Assembly: GCA_002633005.1 (NCBI GenBank) | Contig: NMRA01000138.1 | Coordinates: forward strand, 650,684 to 714,683 | Direction of reading: 5' to 3' | Origin: Phoronis australis | Taxonomy: Eukaryota > Animalia > Phoronida | Length of the DNA stretch: 64,000 nt | In this document: positions 23,291 through 36,800 of the stretch, in pieces | Layout of the letters: each line of letters begins with the position of its first letter | Position numbering within the stretch: the first letter of the stretch is position 1 | Program-made: the position numbers and the translations under genes | Notes under the pieces: model-generated | Databases searched by the model: none | What the model was told of the DNA's origin: nothing | Seen by the model: the letters and a program-made list of their open reading frames with translations, nothing else

Positions 23291-23334
23291 ATGACGTCAT
23301 CCATTATTTGCTGCATATTTAATGATATGCAAAT
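23291..23334. promoter_or_regulatory. Perfect CRE palindrome ATGACGTCAT (23291-23300) and octamer ATGCAAAT (23327-23334) just upstream of the TSP1 gene
   Basis: Exact motif matches; function is inferred only. Confidence 0.45.
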
Positions 23335-23554
23335 CCGTTTCGTCAAGGGCTAAGACCGCAGTTTAACTGGCTGATTCATTGTTCCGGTTCCAGAGTTGAG
23401 AAAAGACTCCAAACGCCCCTGATTCCTGCCGTCGGCCCTCGCCCGCGATGTCTACGGCAGCTGGGCCGAAGCCCGCCTCCTGTAGTCGGCCCTCCCTCGC
23501 GCTGCATCATTCATTTCATGACAAAATTGATAACGTTCATTTGGAAGGAGATCG

Positions 23555-23826
23555 AGCGAGAGAGAGAGCGCGAGAGAGAGAGGGAGAGAGAGAGAGAGNN
23601 NNNNNNNNNNNNNNNNNNNNNNNNNNNNNNNNNNNNNNNNNNNNNNNNNNNNNNNNNNNNNNNNNNNNNNNNNNNNNNNNNNNNNNNNNNNNNNNNNNNN
23701 NNNNNNNNNNNNNNNNNNNNNNNNNNNNNNNNNNNNNNNNNNNNNNNNNNNNNNNNNNNNNNNNNNNNNNNNNGAGAGGGAGAGAGGGAGAGAGGGAGAG
23801 AGGGAGAGAGGGAGAGAAGGAGAGGG
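23555..23826. repeat. (GA)n / GAGAGAGG microsatellite spanning an N gap
   Basis: Visible on both sides of gap 23599-23773. Confidence 0.95.
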
Positions 23827-25415
23827 CTGAAGTTGCCACCGACAATCTGAGGTCGGCAAATTCGGCAAGCTCACACCTACCATTGTACCAAGCTTATGCT
23901 ACGAGTTCATTAAAAGTTATTAGTTAGAGATGCTTCTAAGAGTATCTTTGAATTCACCCTTAATCTCTGTCATTACGCTATTCTAAAATGTTACAGCGTC
24001 TTTGTCGATCGCTGAATCCCGTATTTTTGCGTAAACCGAATGTCAGGGTCAGCTCAGTGGAGTGTTTTTTTTCAGAAACACGGAATAGGCCCACTACTTT
24101 GCCTAATGAAGTGTAAAAACCTGTTCTTGAGAGTTCTATTCTGGCCGTTTTTGAATAAAAAGATTTTTTTAATCACTATTTATCACTTTAAACTGAACTG
24201 TGTGCACTATGTGAACTGTTAGCACACACGCACATGGTGGTTAAAACATAACCTTCCTTTTGGACAACACGACCCACATTGAGCGCTGCTGATCCGAAAC
24301 TTCCTATAACTAGCTGTCAATGTCAAGTTCCAAAGTAAGGACAAATCTATAATATTTGAACTTTCTGTGATCGTTTCCCCCCATGAAAATGATCTACATG
24401 TACACGTTATTTCCTTCTCGCGAGGAATGTTCCGCCCTCCCGTTCCACTTTTCGTCTCTCCCCGGACAAATTTCTTTGCACTGATCAACCCCAACTTCTC
24501 CCACGCATTATTCTCTGCCGCGATGATACTTTCCCGGTCGTTGAAGCACGTTGACTCGAGCTCAGTACTAGAGCTATTTCCGTGTTAACCTCTCACGGTC
24601 TGTTGCTGTTGAATATATTAAATATTTGAAAAAGTGTCGTAAAAGTCAAATAAAAAGATTTATTTCTTTCACTACATACTGTGAGTTCATCAAAATGCAT
24701 TTGTTGAAATTTATCGATATTTCATAATGTAGTATTGATAATTTTTGCAGTGAATTTCGAGTATGATGGTCAATACTCGTGTAACCGCGATCATCGCATA
24801 GATTGGGGACAGTCGGCATGTATTATTGACATCCCCTAAGGCACCAATAGCCTACTTCCTTGTATGTGTGCGGGTTGCTTCTGCTCGCACACCAAATTCT
24901 AGTTCTTTCCTATAGAGAACAGAGAATTCTATGGCGGATATATTTGTTTTTCCCGTGGACTTACCAAAATTGCCCGGCCCGCACATAATCCCCTACCCCT
25001 TCACATACTAACCTCGTTGACTGCCGAACTTGGCGTGTTTTTTTTCACTAAATTATTTGAACATTTCACCGTAATTTATGAAATTTTATAGCAAACCGAC
25101 ACTCATACCGGAGTTTTCCGTATAAGCCCACCCAATGAAACGCCCAGGGGCGTTTATTCGGAAAATTATGCCAATGAAATAAACGCCCATGGGTGGCAGG
25201 GAACAGCAACAGCGTGAAACGCGAGGAAATATTGAGTTCAGTAACTAGGACCGGTAGTGGATGGGAAGGGAGGGGGGCTCAGACCCCAGATAGCGGCGGA
25301 ATCGTGTTTCCGTTTTTTTTTTTAGTCCGCCACCGACACATTTTGCGAAGAGAAGGGGCTCGATAAGATCTCAACGTGCGATAGAGGGCGTTTCTTTATG
25401 TCGTTTGGGGCAACA

Positions 25416-25526
25416 GTCACGTGACAAAGTTGATTAAAAATGGCGGCGTTCTGGGATGAAAACACAGACTCGATTGTTGAAAGTAAACTTCTTCTCACGG
25501 GAGATTACAGAGCTTTTAGTTAAAAC
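25416..25526 (+). promoter_or_regulatory. Probable core promoter and non-coding first exon of the plus-strand coiled-coil gene
   Basis: CpG-rich patch; E-box palindrome GTCACGTGAC (25416-25425); YY1-like AAAATGGCGGCG (25437-25448); consensus donor AC|gtaagt at 25527. The ATG at 25440 opens only a 27-codon frame. Confidence 0.6.
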
Positions 25527-25646
25527 GTAAGTACGTTAATTGTGAATGATATCACGGAACTCATTTTGCATCAAATATATTTTTGCTGACTTGTGCATTA
25601 TGAGGAAATGAACAATTTTATATGTAGACACCGGTGACCTAAAGTC

Positions 25647-26562
25647 TAGGCAATGACCATCGCCTCTGTTGGCCCGAACCAGAGGCGATGTAGAAGCTAT
25701 AGGCGCTCTGTACGCCGGAAGCTTTTCGGCGAATTATGCCTCGCACCGACTAAGCTATCAAAGCCACGTTGTTATAACTACCTTTTGCGCATAGACGAAC
25801 ACCTTAGGAGGTTGTCGATGTGTTTAAGTTCTTCCAACTCGAACAAATACTCCCGTTAGGCGTTATGAAACTTTTTCTTCGAGCAGTCCCTATTTCAGTT
25901 TCCAAAATCGTGAAATCAAAATTTTCATTTTTTTTAACCAGGCCGAAGGTCAGAAGTTGCGATCCTACCGGCGAACTTTGAAAGCTGAAGTTCCCGCCCT
26001 TTGCGTACGTGCTGCCGGGAACCAGCCGTGCATTTGCCGTGTTGTTAAACATTAAAATGTCAAATATGTGCACAAAGACTTTTAAATGTCATATCAACAG
26101 CATTTATTTTTATCAAATACAAACAATAATTCATTGAAATACAAACAGTTTCAAGTAACGCCAATTAAAGACAAGTATAAGTGGTGGCATTTTGGAAACG
26201 AACATTTGACTGACAAGACCGCAATGGCTCACCTTTGGCCTATTTAAAAATTATTGCGAGCGCGGTAAAAGTTGGAGCGTGCGCAGTACAAAAATTTTGA
26301 TTTCACGATTTTGGGAACTGAAATAGGGACTGCTCGAAGAAAAAGTTTCATAACGGGAGTATTTGTTCGAGTTGGAAGAACTTAAACACATCGACAACCT
26401 CCTAAGGTGTTCATCTATGCGCAAAAGGTAGTTATAACAACGTGACTTTGATGGTTTAGTCGGTGCGAGGCATAATTCGCCGAAAAGCTTCCGGCGTACA
26501 GAGCGCCTATAGCCTCTACATCGCCTCTGGTTCGGGCCAACAGAGGCGATGGTCATTGCCTA
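25647..26562. mobile_element. Non-autonomous Mutator/foldback-like DNA transposon with about 270-bp TIRs and a 9-bp TSD
   Basis: TIRs 25647-25925 and 26291-26562 are nearly identical (7-bp indel, few substitutions); perfect TSD cctaaagtc at 25638-25646 and 26563-26571. Confidence 0.93.
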
Positions 26563-27451
26563 CCTAAAGTCGTGAATATAACTTCGCATTAAGCTGATTG
26601 TCATACTGCCCAATATCCTTTAGCAACTGCTCATGTGATGTCATGGACATATATCAGCCTTCACAAATATACGTGTTTTGACAATATTAATCCTTGTTTG
26701 TCTCCTCAATTAGAGTTTTGAAACGGTCGCTGATATCGCCGGCCATTTTGAATGAGGCCCTAAAGTTGTGACCGTTTCGTTTAGACGGAAATGCACAAAG
26801 TAAGACCACACAAATCAACTACAGTGCTTACAGTTACTCTAGACGACATAAAAACGCATTGCATTGTACTATTAATTCAGTTTCATTTGAAATAAATTGT
26901 TATGTCTTTTGCACCCAACTATGCCATTGATGTGCACAGACGTTTTCAATGAGGTTGCTCACATAAAACGCTAAGGACCCAGCATCACTTATCTCTCTGT
27001 ATTTTATTGCTTTGGCCTTACAAAACTTTATCGACCCTGGTACATTTTGATACATTGTTCAAGGTACACCTGGACCGCGTGTTTGAGTAAATCTGAACAA
27101 TGAATATTTTTGAAAATATATCCCAAAAATGCACAAAAAAGTGGATTAGTGAAATATGCTATTTTTAAGATACATTTGAAAAAAGAAGCCACTCACTCAC
27201 TGTTTGTTACCATCTTGTGAATACCATCACGTCCGGGTATTCGTTTGACATTCGTAAGCAGACGAACGCTGAAAACTTCAACGCCAGATGTCGCGGGACC
27301 ACGCAGAAGAGGAAATAAGATCATTCACGACTTTAGGACTTCTGATGGTACAAATGCACAGCACTAGTACCGTAGACGGTGTAGACCTAGTCACTAGTGT
27401 AAAATGAATAAAGTTAATGGAATAGTGGAGGTACTATAGCAATGTGACTTT

Positions 27452-30167
27452 CAGGGCTTGACATAACGACCTGCAGGTCGCATTTGCGACATGAGATTTG
27501 GAAATGCGAGCTGAGATTTTTGTCAGCATGTATCAAATCGCAAAATGCGACGTGAGATTTGGAAATGCTAGCTGAGATTTTTGTCAGCACGTATCAAATC
27601 GCAAAATGCGACCTGGAATTTCCAACGTATGAGAGCTGAGTTTTTACACTTCTCGGCAGATAACTGGCAAATATAAAACAACTCTTGTTAATCCGACTGT
27701 TATATGGCTGTTGCCAAATCCAAATTCAAAATTTCAAAAGAACACTAACCGAGAACAGCCCTCCCGATGAGTTGTAAGCAAGTCGCGCGAACATGAGATA
27801 TGCAAAATCAATCTTTGACTCGTTTCATTGGCTAACATTTTCGTCTACTTTTGTAAATTTCCGCGGGATTTGCTGAAGAAAGTTTCGGGCCACTAGCTGC
27901 ATAACACGTGATAAAACATCACAAAACAGCGATGTTTCTTCTAATTCTTAAGCGCTCAACTTACCAAACCTTGAGGTGGACAAATATGTTTATTTTTCGC
28001 GTAAGATGTCCTTATTACATGTAGCAAATATCCACGACAATATCCCTGATATCGTACTGCGGCACTGGTCAGTCCTAGCGCGCAAGCGGTCCCTGAAGAC
28101 CACTGTGACTTAGAGATGTGCGTCTTGTTTTTTATCGAATAAGACAGCCAAAGTGAAAATGACAACCTTATTAATCGCCATATGACGCCCAAGTCTTTAG
28201 TTTCAGTTGCCAAGAAATTTTCAAACCCTTTTACTTGTTTCTGGGGCTACGTGCGTGAAATATGATTTGTCTTTTACATGTTGTTGCCAACGTAAAGTGT
28301 AGGCCTACTCCAGCGATTCAAGTGCGCGAACTCACGCGTGCGCACCACTTCAAAGCTGCACATCAAAAGAGAACAGGGACAGTCCTAAATGAAAGAGTAT
28401 AGGCCTACCGGCTTGGCTCTGTTAAGCACCCGGGTATGTGCCGGTGGTTTATTTGAAAATGAACTCATAGAGTCCCGGCAGTTATAAAAGACATGATGCT
28501 TAACGATATTACTCGGGACCAGTGATGTAGTGGTAAAATTAGAGGTAAGTAGGCGCCCAGAGCCCACCATATCACCTTGAGCACTGAACGTAACTTACGG
28601 TGCATATAGGCGCTACATTCAAATGCCAAAAGGCGATTGGCTGCGCCTACGTGCGCCAACGCCCCACTACAGCACTGCCCGGGACCGATATAACCCAGAA
28701 CTGATATTTTCCTGTGACGATGTTTCCCGAGGTCGATGTTCCCTAAACCCTATAATTCTATGCCCGTATCCAGCTATTGCAACTAAACGGGTTCTAGATG
28801 CAGAATTGTGGTAAGCGAACTTTTTGTTCTTCTATTCATACACCCCTCCCGGCAAATTATCGCTCCCCGGACCACCGTCGCCGTAAAATGTTCAGTCTCC
28901 AATAGAAACAATCTTGTTCCGGTTGAAGCGGGAAATAAAACAAAATTATTCCGGGTGGCTAAAATGAGTACAGTGTAGGTGGAAACGATATCCAGAAAGT
29001 CACCCCTACTAGATGGAGTTTACCTCGTATCGTATTATTGTAACATTTCTTACCATTGCAGTCTTTTAATATCTTATTACCGCAAACACTCAGGTTAACG
29101 ACTATGCTCACGCACAAGCCTACTCCATACCTTTGAAGTGTTTCATAATAAGCACTCACTGATCTACTAAGCATCCCCCCCTCAACTTTTGAGAATTTAC
29201 AATAAGCGCCCGCAGTTCAGGCTAGCGCCCATCATAGCGCACTACAAACGACCGCGTGTGATTTAAAATTGACACGCAGCCTATATAGTGTGTCACTCTC
29301 ATTTTACAAAACAAATTCAAAAAAACCAAATCCCAACTTTGTTTCATACCTCCGAAAGAAAGTTAACACTAGTGACATTTGTTTTGTAACTGACCTATGT
29401 TTCCCGTACTTGGAAGGTATTGAGGAGCAAACTCGAATTACCAGATGGAAACCCGCATGGAGTCGGGAATTATTTCGAGGCTGTTCATTTCATGGAAAAC
29501 TAGTTGTTGAGTACGCAAACAGCATAAGTTCCAAATTTTTGTTGTAAAATTTGCACTGAATTGTTCCTGCGCATCCAAATACGTCATTCAGTTAGGTCAT
29601 TGTTTCACGGAATTTTTTCGACAGATATTTTTCAAAGATCGAGTTAAGTAGCAAAATTTGGGCTGCGAACAAAAAGTGGAGGGAATTTGCACTCCGAGTT
29701 CGATTCTTTAACGACTTTGATGACAGCCAGTAACAGGTTAGACCTTGCAAAATCGCAGATACTTTGTTAACGGGCATTTTCTCCCTTTTCACATCGCAAA
29801 TTTAGCTACTCGAATGCACATTTCAGTTAGAGAGCACTGATTCAACTTTGACGTCGGCAACTTGCCTTGCGCTCTAAGGCCTTTCAATGGCGGTCGTGAA
29901 GAAGAGTAACGCCGTACCTGCATGAACGAACTCAATTTTGCTATATACTATTTGTGAGTATTTAACGCTGCAGCTAAGAGCATCATCTAAACATTTTCTT
30001 GGTGATCTAAAAACAATTTTGGTGCGTAAAAATGGCGGGAAAATTTTGCGACCTAGCATTTATCAATGCGAGCTGGATTTTGAAAATGCGACCTTGGATT
30101 TTGGCTAGATTGTTTTATCAGTGTGAGTCATAAATCGCCAAAAAGCTTCTGGTGTATGAAGGCCCTA
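27452..30167. mobile_element. Old hAT-like non-autonomous element, possibly with nested fragments
   Basis: Imperfect TIR cagggcttgacata / tatgaaggcccta; subterminal tgcgac/tgcgagctg repeats at both ends (about 61-bp tandem at 27485-27615; 30045-30100); no TSD recognisable. Confidence 0.5.
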
Positions 30168-31728
30168 TGGTAGAGATGGTGGCACTGTTTACGCACCCCC
30201 CAACTGTTTACGTACGCACCCCCGAAAAGTGGGAGACTTATAGACAGTGACCACCATCCTACTGGCACGTAGGACGGTGGAGCTCCTACAGGTGCTGACT
30301 CGACGGGGTGTATACAATATCTGGAAGTCCACCAGCACTTGTCTTGCGCGTTACAACCATAAGGTTATGTTGGAGCCTAGAAAAGTGTCCAATTTTAGCT
30401 GAGATCAGAAATGGTTGATAGGATTCATGTGAATCTTCCATGCATTGTTCTACAAAACACTGTTTGGAAATATTTCTACGATATTCCACTTTTTGCATTC
30501 ATTGGCTATTAAAAACTGTGACTTTTATGATTCTCATTAAAACCCTATAAAGTTGACGTATAAAACAAACTGAAATGATACTTTAGGGAAGTGTAGTAAC
30601 GTTTTGAGATCTACATGAAATAAAAGTTAATTAATGCTATTGATAATGTTGTTTTGCTGTTGATGTACCTAAAGTTTCTTTTTTGCTAAATTTTACTTGA
30701 AAGACATGATCACATGACACAACTAGTGGCAGATTGATAAAAAGTCAAAAATAGAATTCTTTGTGTCACAAAATATACACACGTGTATATATGTTGCTAA
30801 ATACACCAACTTGTCCATTAAGTTCTACTAAGATGAAAACAATCTCATGAACATTATTTTGTTGTGCATCAGTCTGTGGGTTTTGTAACAAAGAAAAGCT
30901 GTCATCGACAGCACGCTCATGAGACATACCACCTGTACAATTTGTCGGTAGATTGCCGAAATTCTGTTTTCTGTTAACGAAATACTTGAAACAGAACAAT
31001 AAAACCAATCCCTGTAACTTATGAATAGTGTACAGTCTAGTGAAAAAGGAAATACTTAATTCAAAGACTTGCCAAAAATGGAACACATAACCAAGGTTGG
31101 CTTATTTACATCACAGTCAGTGGCATCGCTATCTGATGCCCAACTGGGTATCATAATCTTACAAGAATTTGAAAAATCAGTTTGTTTTCAGTCACATCAA
31201 AATCTTTTCCACATTTCTGTGAAAAGCTGATTTTTTTGATTTTTTAGCAGAACTTTAGTGGTTGTGTCACGGCAGTTTGTGTATGGTTTTATTCTTATGC
31301 TGTTGTATATCCCAGTTGTTTTGTTGGTGGAATCCATTTCAGTTCAAGCTGGTCTCATAAGTGTGCAAAGTATGAATACAATACCCATTTAATATGAAGC
31401 GTAATTCTCTTTATCAAGACTGTTAATTATCAAACATCTCATCCAATTACTGATTGGTTATGTACATATAATTTGTATTGTGACCAGTTTGCTATTGTTT
31501 TAGGACTGGTAGCTAAAGCACTAAGGTTCTACATAAATACCCTAAACTCAAACTCTCTTTAGTACCTGTTATTGATTACTTTTTCTGGTTTACCTGGATT
31601 TTATTATCCCACTAATCAGATTATTGAATTCTGCAGTGTTTGGATCAATATTCATTGTATTTCTTGTTTAGAAATACCCTGTTATCCTGGCTTAATGGCT
31701 GTCCTATTAAATTGTGACTTTTGTTATT

Positions 31729-33105
31729 ACTGGTATTGTCTTGTACTCCATCCAGCACATACATTATATGATAGAACTCTTAACAACTGGCATTGTCTTG
31801 TACTCCATCCAGCACATACATTATATGATAGAACTCTTAACAACTGGTATTGTCTTGTACCCCACCCACCACATACATTATATGATAGAACTCTTAACAA
31901 CTGGTATTGTCTCGTACCCCAGCCACCACATACATTATATGGTAGAACTCTTAACAACTGGCATTGTCTTGTACTCCATCCACCACACACATTATATGAT
32001 CCCTTATGAAAAAGCTTCAGGAATTCTAATCCCGAAAGCCAGTGAGAATCTCACTGGATTCCTGTTAGATTCCAGTGAGAATCTAACTAATTAAGATGCC
32101 ATTTAAATTGGTGAGAAAAAAATCTCACTCTAGTGAGAATACAATGATATCCAGTTAGAATTCACTGAGGATCTAACTAATTTGCATAGCATTCCCACTC
32201 AGTGAAAATGTGTGTTACTGAAATTCTCACTGAGTTAAAATCTCACTAGGTGAGAACTTAGAAAATTTTGTGTGTGCCTTTTGTACAGCCACTGACTGAA
32301 TAGATGAGAGATCAAAGCTTTTTTGATAACCAAAACAATGCTTATTTTTGTGAGTTTATCTTGAAAGGATACAATTTAATTCCAGCTTGTGAAATATAGC
32401 AGACATAAACTAACAACTATAATGCCTTTGGTGAATCAGCAACATGCTGAAAACTCAGCCGTCAACACAGAATGAAGACACCAGTCTAATACTCATGCTT
32501 CATGCACTCTACTAGATGTATGAAATGTACTAACCTTAAGCTTATTAACACACAAAATCAGTCCAGGGTCCCCACTGGTTGACTTGCAGACATACTGTTC
32601 AGTAATTTCACAATATTTGTGAGAAAAACATCAACAATGTTCAAGCTATTTCTCCAACTGCTCATTTCTGGCACCATTTTATCGGTAGTTTAAATTCAGA
32701 AATCTGGTTCAACTGAAATTTCCACAGTTACAGCCAATCAGGGTGTTTGTTTATCTTAAATTCTCACTGAATTCTCACTTCAATTTTGGCAAGTCCAAAT
32801 TCTCACTCAATTCTCACTCATATTTTTTCTGAGTCTGAAATTCTCACTGATTCTCACTCAGAATTTTCTGAGACCAAAATTCTCACTGGATTCTCACTGT
32901 TACATAACATTTTCTCTCATTCTCACTGACTGCCCCTGTTGTTCAATTCCCACTGGGATCTCACTGGCATTTCTAACTATAATTGGTGATTTAGTGAGAA
33001 TCTAACTGGAATCTAACTGGAATCCAGTGAGATTCTCACTTGCTTTCTCTTAACAACTGGTATTGTCTTGTACTCCATTCAGCACACACATTATGTGGTA
33101 GAACT
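31729..33105. repeat. 57-bp minisatellite (about 4.8 copies at 31729-32000, resuming at 33048-33105) interrupted by a foldback element
   Basis: Unit actggtattgtcttgtactccatccagcacatacattatatgatagaactcttaaca, period 57. Confidence 0.92.
32034..33047. mobile_element. Foldback-type element built from ttctcactg/cagtgagaa repeats
   Basis: About 57-bp TIR gaaagccagtgagaatctcactggattcc... / ...ggaatccagtgagattctcacttgctttc; dense tctcact motifs in both arms (32034-32260, 32760-33047). Confidence 0.8.
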
Positions 33106-33689
33106 TTTTTCTGTCTTGCCAATTGGAAATGATGTTATTGTAGTTAAGCGAGTTTTACGCTTATGATTGGTTCTTGTTCAGTCTGTAACATCGTTATTCA
33201 CAAATGTACACTTTTAAAAACAAAAGAAGTATGCCTTGTGTGTTTATTTGTATTAGCAACACATTTAGCTAGTGATCAGTTGTAAGAAATAAAAATTTTA
33301 TATAAAAACCATCAGTTTCACTTCTTGGTTATGCCCATTTTTTCTGTTGACAAAATTAATGCCAGATCTACCTCAATGTTCCAGAATATATTTTGCATCA
33401 TCCCGTGCTTGCATAGTGATTTCTGCATTGTTTTCTTGGATTCCAAGAAAATATAACGTAGGTTAGGTCCCCAGTATGTGGAAGTGTAGGACTAACATTG
33501 TTATGGCTAGTAAAGCTAATATACTCATCAAGTTTGTTTTTTAATTGCATGAAAAGTTTTGAATTGTTTATTTTTTTTTCACTATGTTGTTATGTTATTT
33601 CATTTTTGTTAAAAACATTTTGTTTTTAATTTACAGATTTCCAGTTATCTGAGCAACCATGACATACAATCTTATCTAGTCACTACAAG

Positions 33690-33836
33690 ATGGATTACGT
33701 TGGCAGTATATCCGTGCTGGATCGCGGCGATGGTCCAGCGCAGGCGATACTGGACAAAAATGCCCGAGCTTTGGCAACCAGAGTCACAAATGAGACACGA
33801 GAGCAGCTGGATGAAGTCTTAACAAGGGTCGATAAT
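33690..33836 (+). CDS. Coiled-coil gene, first coding exon (MDYVGSISVLDRGDGPAQAILDKNARALATRVTNETREQLDEVLTRVDN); the exon itself starts at 33637
   Basis: Acceptor ttacag|33637, ATG in aagATGG context, donor AAT|gtaagt. Confidence 0.85.
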
Positions 33837-36800
33837 GTAAGTAGAGTCAGATGTTTTCATCCGGTGAAACACAACAACCACTTTGACACAATACTATACT
33901 TTTAAGTTTAAAAACATTGAGAATACAGTCAAACACTTTCTGCATGTCACAAAGTGATATGGTCACAGCTGACCAGCAGTGTCACAAAGTGGTATGGTTA
34001 CAGCTGACCAGCAGCCAATTAACAAATTGTCAGACAGTGGTTACAGTTGTCACAAATAAACAAGTGATTGGGAAAATTTTTATGGATATGTAGTGTTTAT
34101 AGACATTATAATTCGTTCAATGGTTTTGGATTTTCTGTTTAACTTTAGCACTATTTGCACTAGTGAATCAGGTCACATGGAGGGAGTTGAAAAAAATTAA
34201 CAGGGAATGAGTTGCTACAGCAGTGTCAATTTTGTGGGCATCTTTGATCTTAAAGGTAGATCAACCTGTGCCTGATCATGTCGTTCTAGGTCAACTATAC
34301 CGGTATACATGTAAGCGCAAATTTGGGCAAGGCGAATGTGATCATGTTACCTGCACTTGTGCAATAGCATACATACAGGTGACCATTGTCACGCCATATC
34401 TACACCTGACTTCCTTTGCCCTTTACCTGTTTTGTTAGACCTTTGCCAATTTACAAGCTTTCCTGCCTTAAGTTTGCAAAACATGCGTTATATTCTCTTT
34501 CTCAATTTGAATTGCAACTCCCGCCATTTGTGGCCTTGACCTTGTGCACTCCACATTCCTGCCTGCAACTTCTGCTTAAGTCATCGTTTCTGAGTTGTGT
34601 ATGTAAATGGCTGCATTATACCAATTGTCTTGTGGCGTCTGTGTCAGGTGCCACGGTTAACGCCTAAACAGGGCCTTGTCGCTTTCATGAATATCTATTT
34701 TGCTGAACAGTCTTGGTGAGTGTTGTATAATTTAATGATTTAACGTCTGTGATTTTCAGATTTATGGTAACTTTGAAATGACAGAGCAGATGTTCCAGCA
34801 AGGAAATGTTGGTAGAATGGAATACTTTGATGATCTGGTAAGTTAATCTATTGTTATTTGATTAATGTTTAAATCCCAACATTATAGAGTTCCAAGTTGT
34901 TCATTCTGCTGTATATTGCAAGAATTGTCATCTTGAATATTCACAATATGTTTTTCCTAAAACTGAGGGATTACTTTTGCCAAATTGTAGAAATTAACAA
35001 AACATGACAACTTGTGCAATTTGACAACAAATGCTCTGAAACTTGCATTGAATGTCAGACGTTTGCCAGTGTATCAATTTTTCGGCACCTGCTGGTTAAA
35101 TTCTCACGCCTGAGTGAACATTCATATGCAAAATTTGTTTGATTTCTTTGCAAAATCTGCCTGAAACCCTATTGTGTCAGGTTATCTAATTCTTAAACCA
35201 CAATTACAAGGGAGATGACAAACTTAGATGGAACAGCTCATCGGGCACAGGTGTGTGTGTGTAACTACGACTGACATGGAGCAAGTTGACATTGCATTGG
35301 CCATATTTGACAATGGTTTGAGAAGTAGAGCAAGTTGCACTGAATCAGTTGATCCAGTTATACACTGCTAAACACAAAATGGGACTTTGCAGAAGCTATC
35401 ATCTCTGTTACGCTTCCGTAATAGCGTATGTATGGGTGATTTGCTAGCATTCCATGTGGTTTGGACAGTCTTCATGTAAATGACTCATGCTGATCCAGTT
35501 TGTGATCTGATGTGTAAAAGTGGCTAAAGTGGAGCAAGTTGCACCGTGAAAACTTGCTCCATGACTGCTGTTCCTCGTGAAAAAAATAGCAGACGACTAA
35601 TAGTTCACCTGTTTAGCTCTCGTTATGGAAGAAAAATTTATTTGGTCAAAAATAAAGATCAAGAAATTTTTTAGTCTATAACTTGCTTTATTTGTATTCG
35701 TAGATGTCTCAAAACAATGCAATGCAAAGTTTGTATTATTTGTAGTGAGGTAGTCAGGGTTTGAAAAATAGGAAACTAACAATTTTAACAATTATTTTTG
35801 TTTGCAATTAGTGAACATTAACCGTAAGTTCTGATGAATGCAGTAAACCGTTCATGAGTAAAATCCAATTGGAATTTGTGAGAAGTCTCAAACATGCAAG
35901 AGTTTGTATTTCTAGATGTTGATGGACACAGTGTTTGCATTGTCTGTTCAGGATCATAGCTCTTTTAAAACTTTGCACAAACGTCAATGATAATTTGAGA
36001 AAAACACAATTGCGAGTCTAAGCAAATAAGCTATGGTACAGCTGAATGCAATTTACGTCTACACAAAATCGAAATAGTTTTATGTCATCAGTGAAATGAA
36101 TGAGATTTGTTTACTTTTCAGTCGGAATTAGAGGAATTACTGCGAGATTCAATAAAAAAGAAAAAGGTAAGCAAATACATTAAGTGTCTTATATTGAATG
36201 TATTCTATTTTTACCACCGTTTAGAGTCATGTTAGCCAATTGGTCCACTTCTCTGCAAATTTATACTAACACTGACTGTGGCTTTGTCTTTTTGGTTCTG
36301 TCTTATTACTTGGCGAAATAAATTTCGCCAAGTATGTTGCTCTGTCGTCAAGTTTTTTTATTTTTTTTGTTCTTTTTTCTTGTTCGCATTCTACAGGTTG
36401 CAATTTTTGTCCTATCCACACGAAATTTACACACACAACGTGTAGCTCCAGAAGTGCTGGAAGCCTATTGTTTTTGGTCATGATGGGATCCAAGATGGCG
36501 GACATGGTGGCCATTTTGTTTCCGATTTCTGATTCAGCTGCTCATAAAACCCGCAATTTTTGACGTATCGGGCTCAAACTCGGCACAAATATGAAACAGT
36601 CCAGTTCCTCCGAATTTTCTAGAAATCATTTACTTCCAGTTAAAAATGGCGGAAATATCGGCAATGACCCATGCGCACCTCAATTTCGGGAAAGAACATT
36701 TTCTCCTGTAGAGGGCACATTATTGGACCAATTGCTTCGACATTTTTCAGGTATTAGTTTCTTTCAAGATGGTGGATCTGGCGCATGTTGACCCATTTTC

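Noticed and set aside
25653-26556. Two near-identical ORFs (MTIASVGPNQRR...) on opposite strands
   Set aside because: They are translations of the two TIRs of the Mutator-like element, not a gene pair.
31572-32094. ORFs of 145, 126 and 87 aa with 19-aa repeats
   Set aside because: They arise from the 57-bp minisatellite (a multiple of 3), are open in several frames and on both strands, and have no splice support.
35278-35561. Three spaced gagcaagttg motifs plus an inverted copy
   Set aside because: Irregular spacing and short length; most likely subterminal remnants of a decayed MITE rather than an array.
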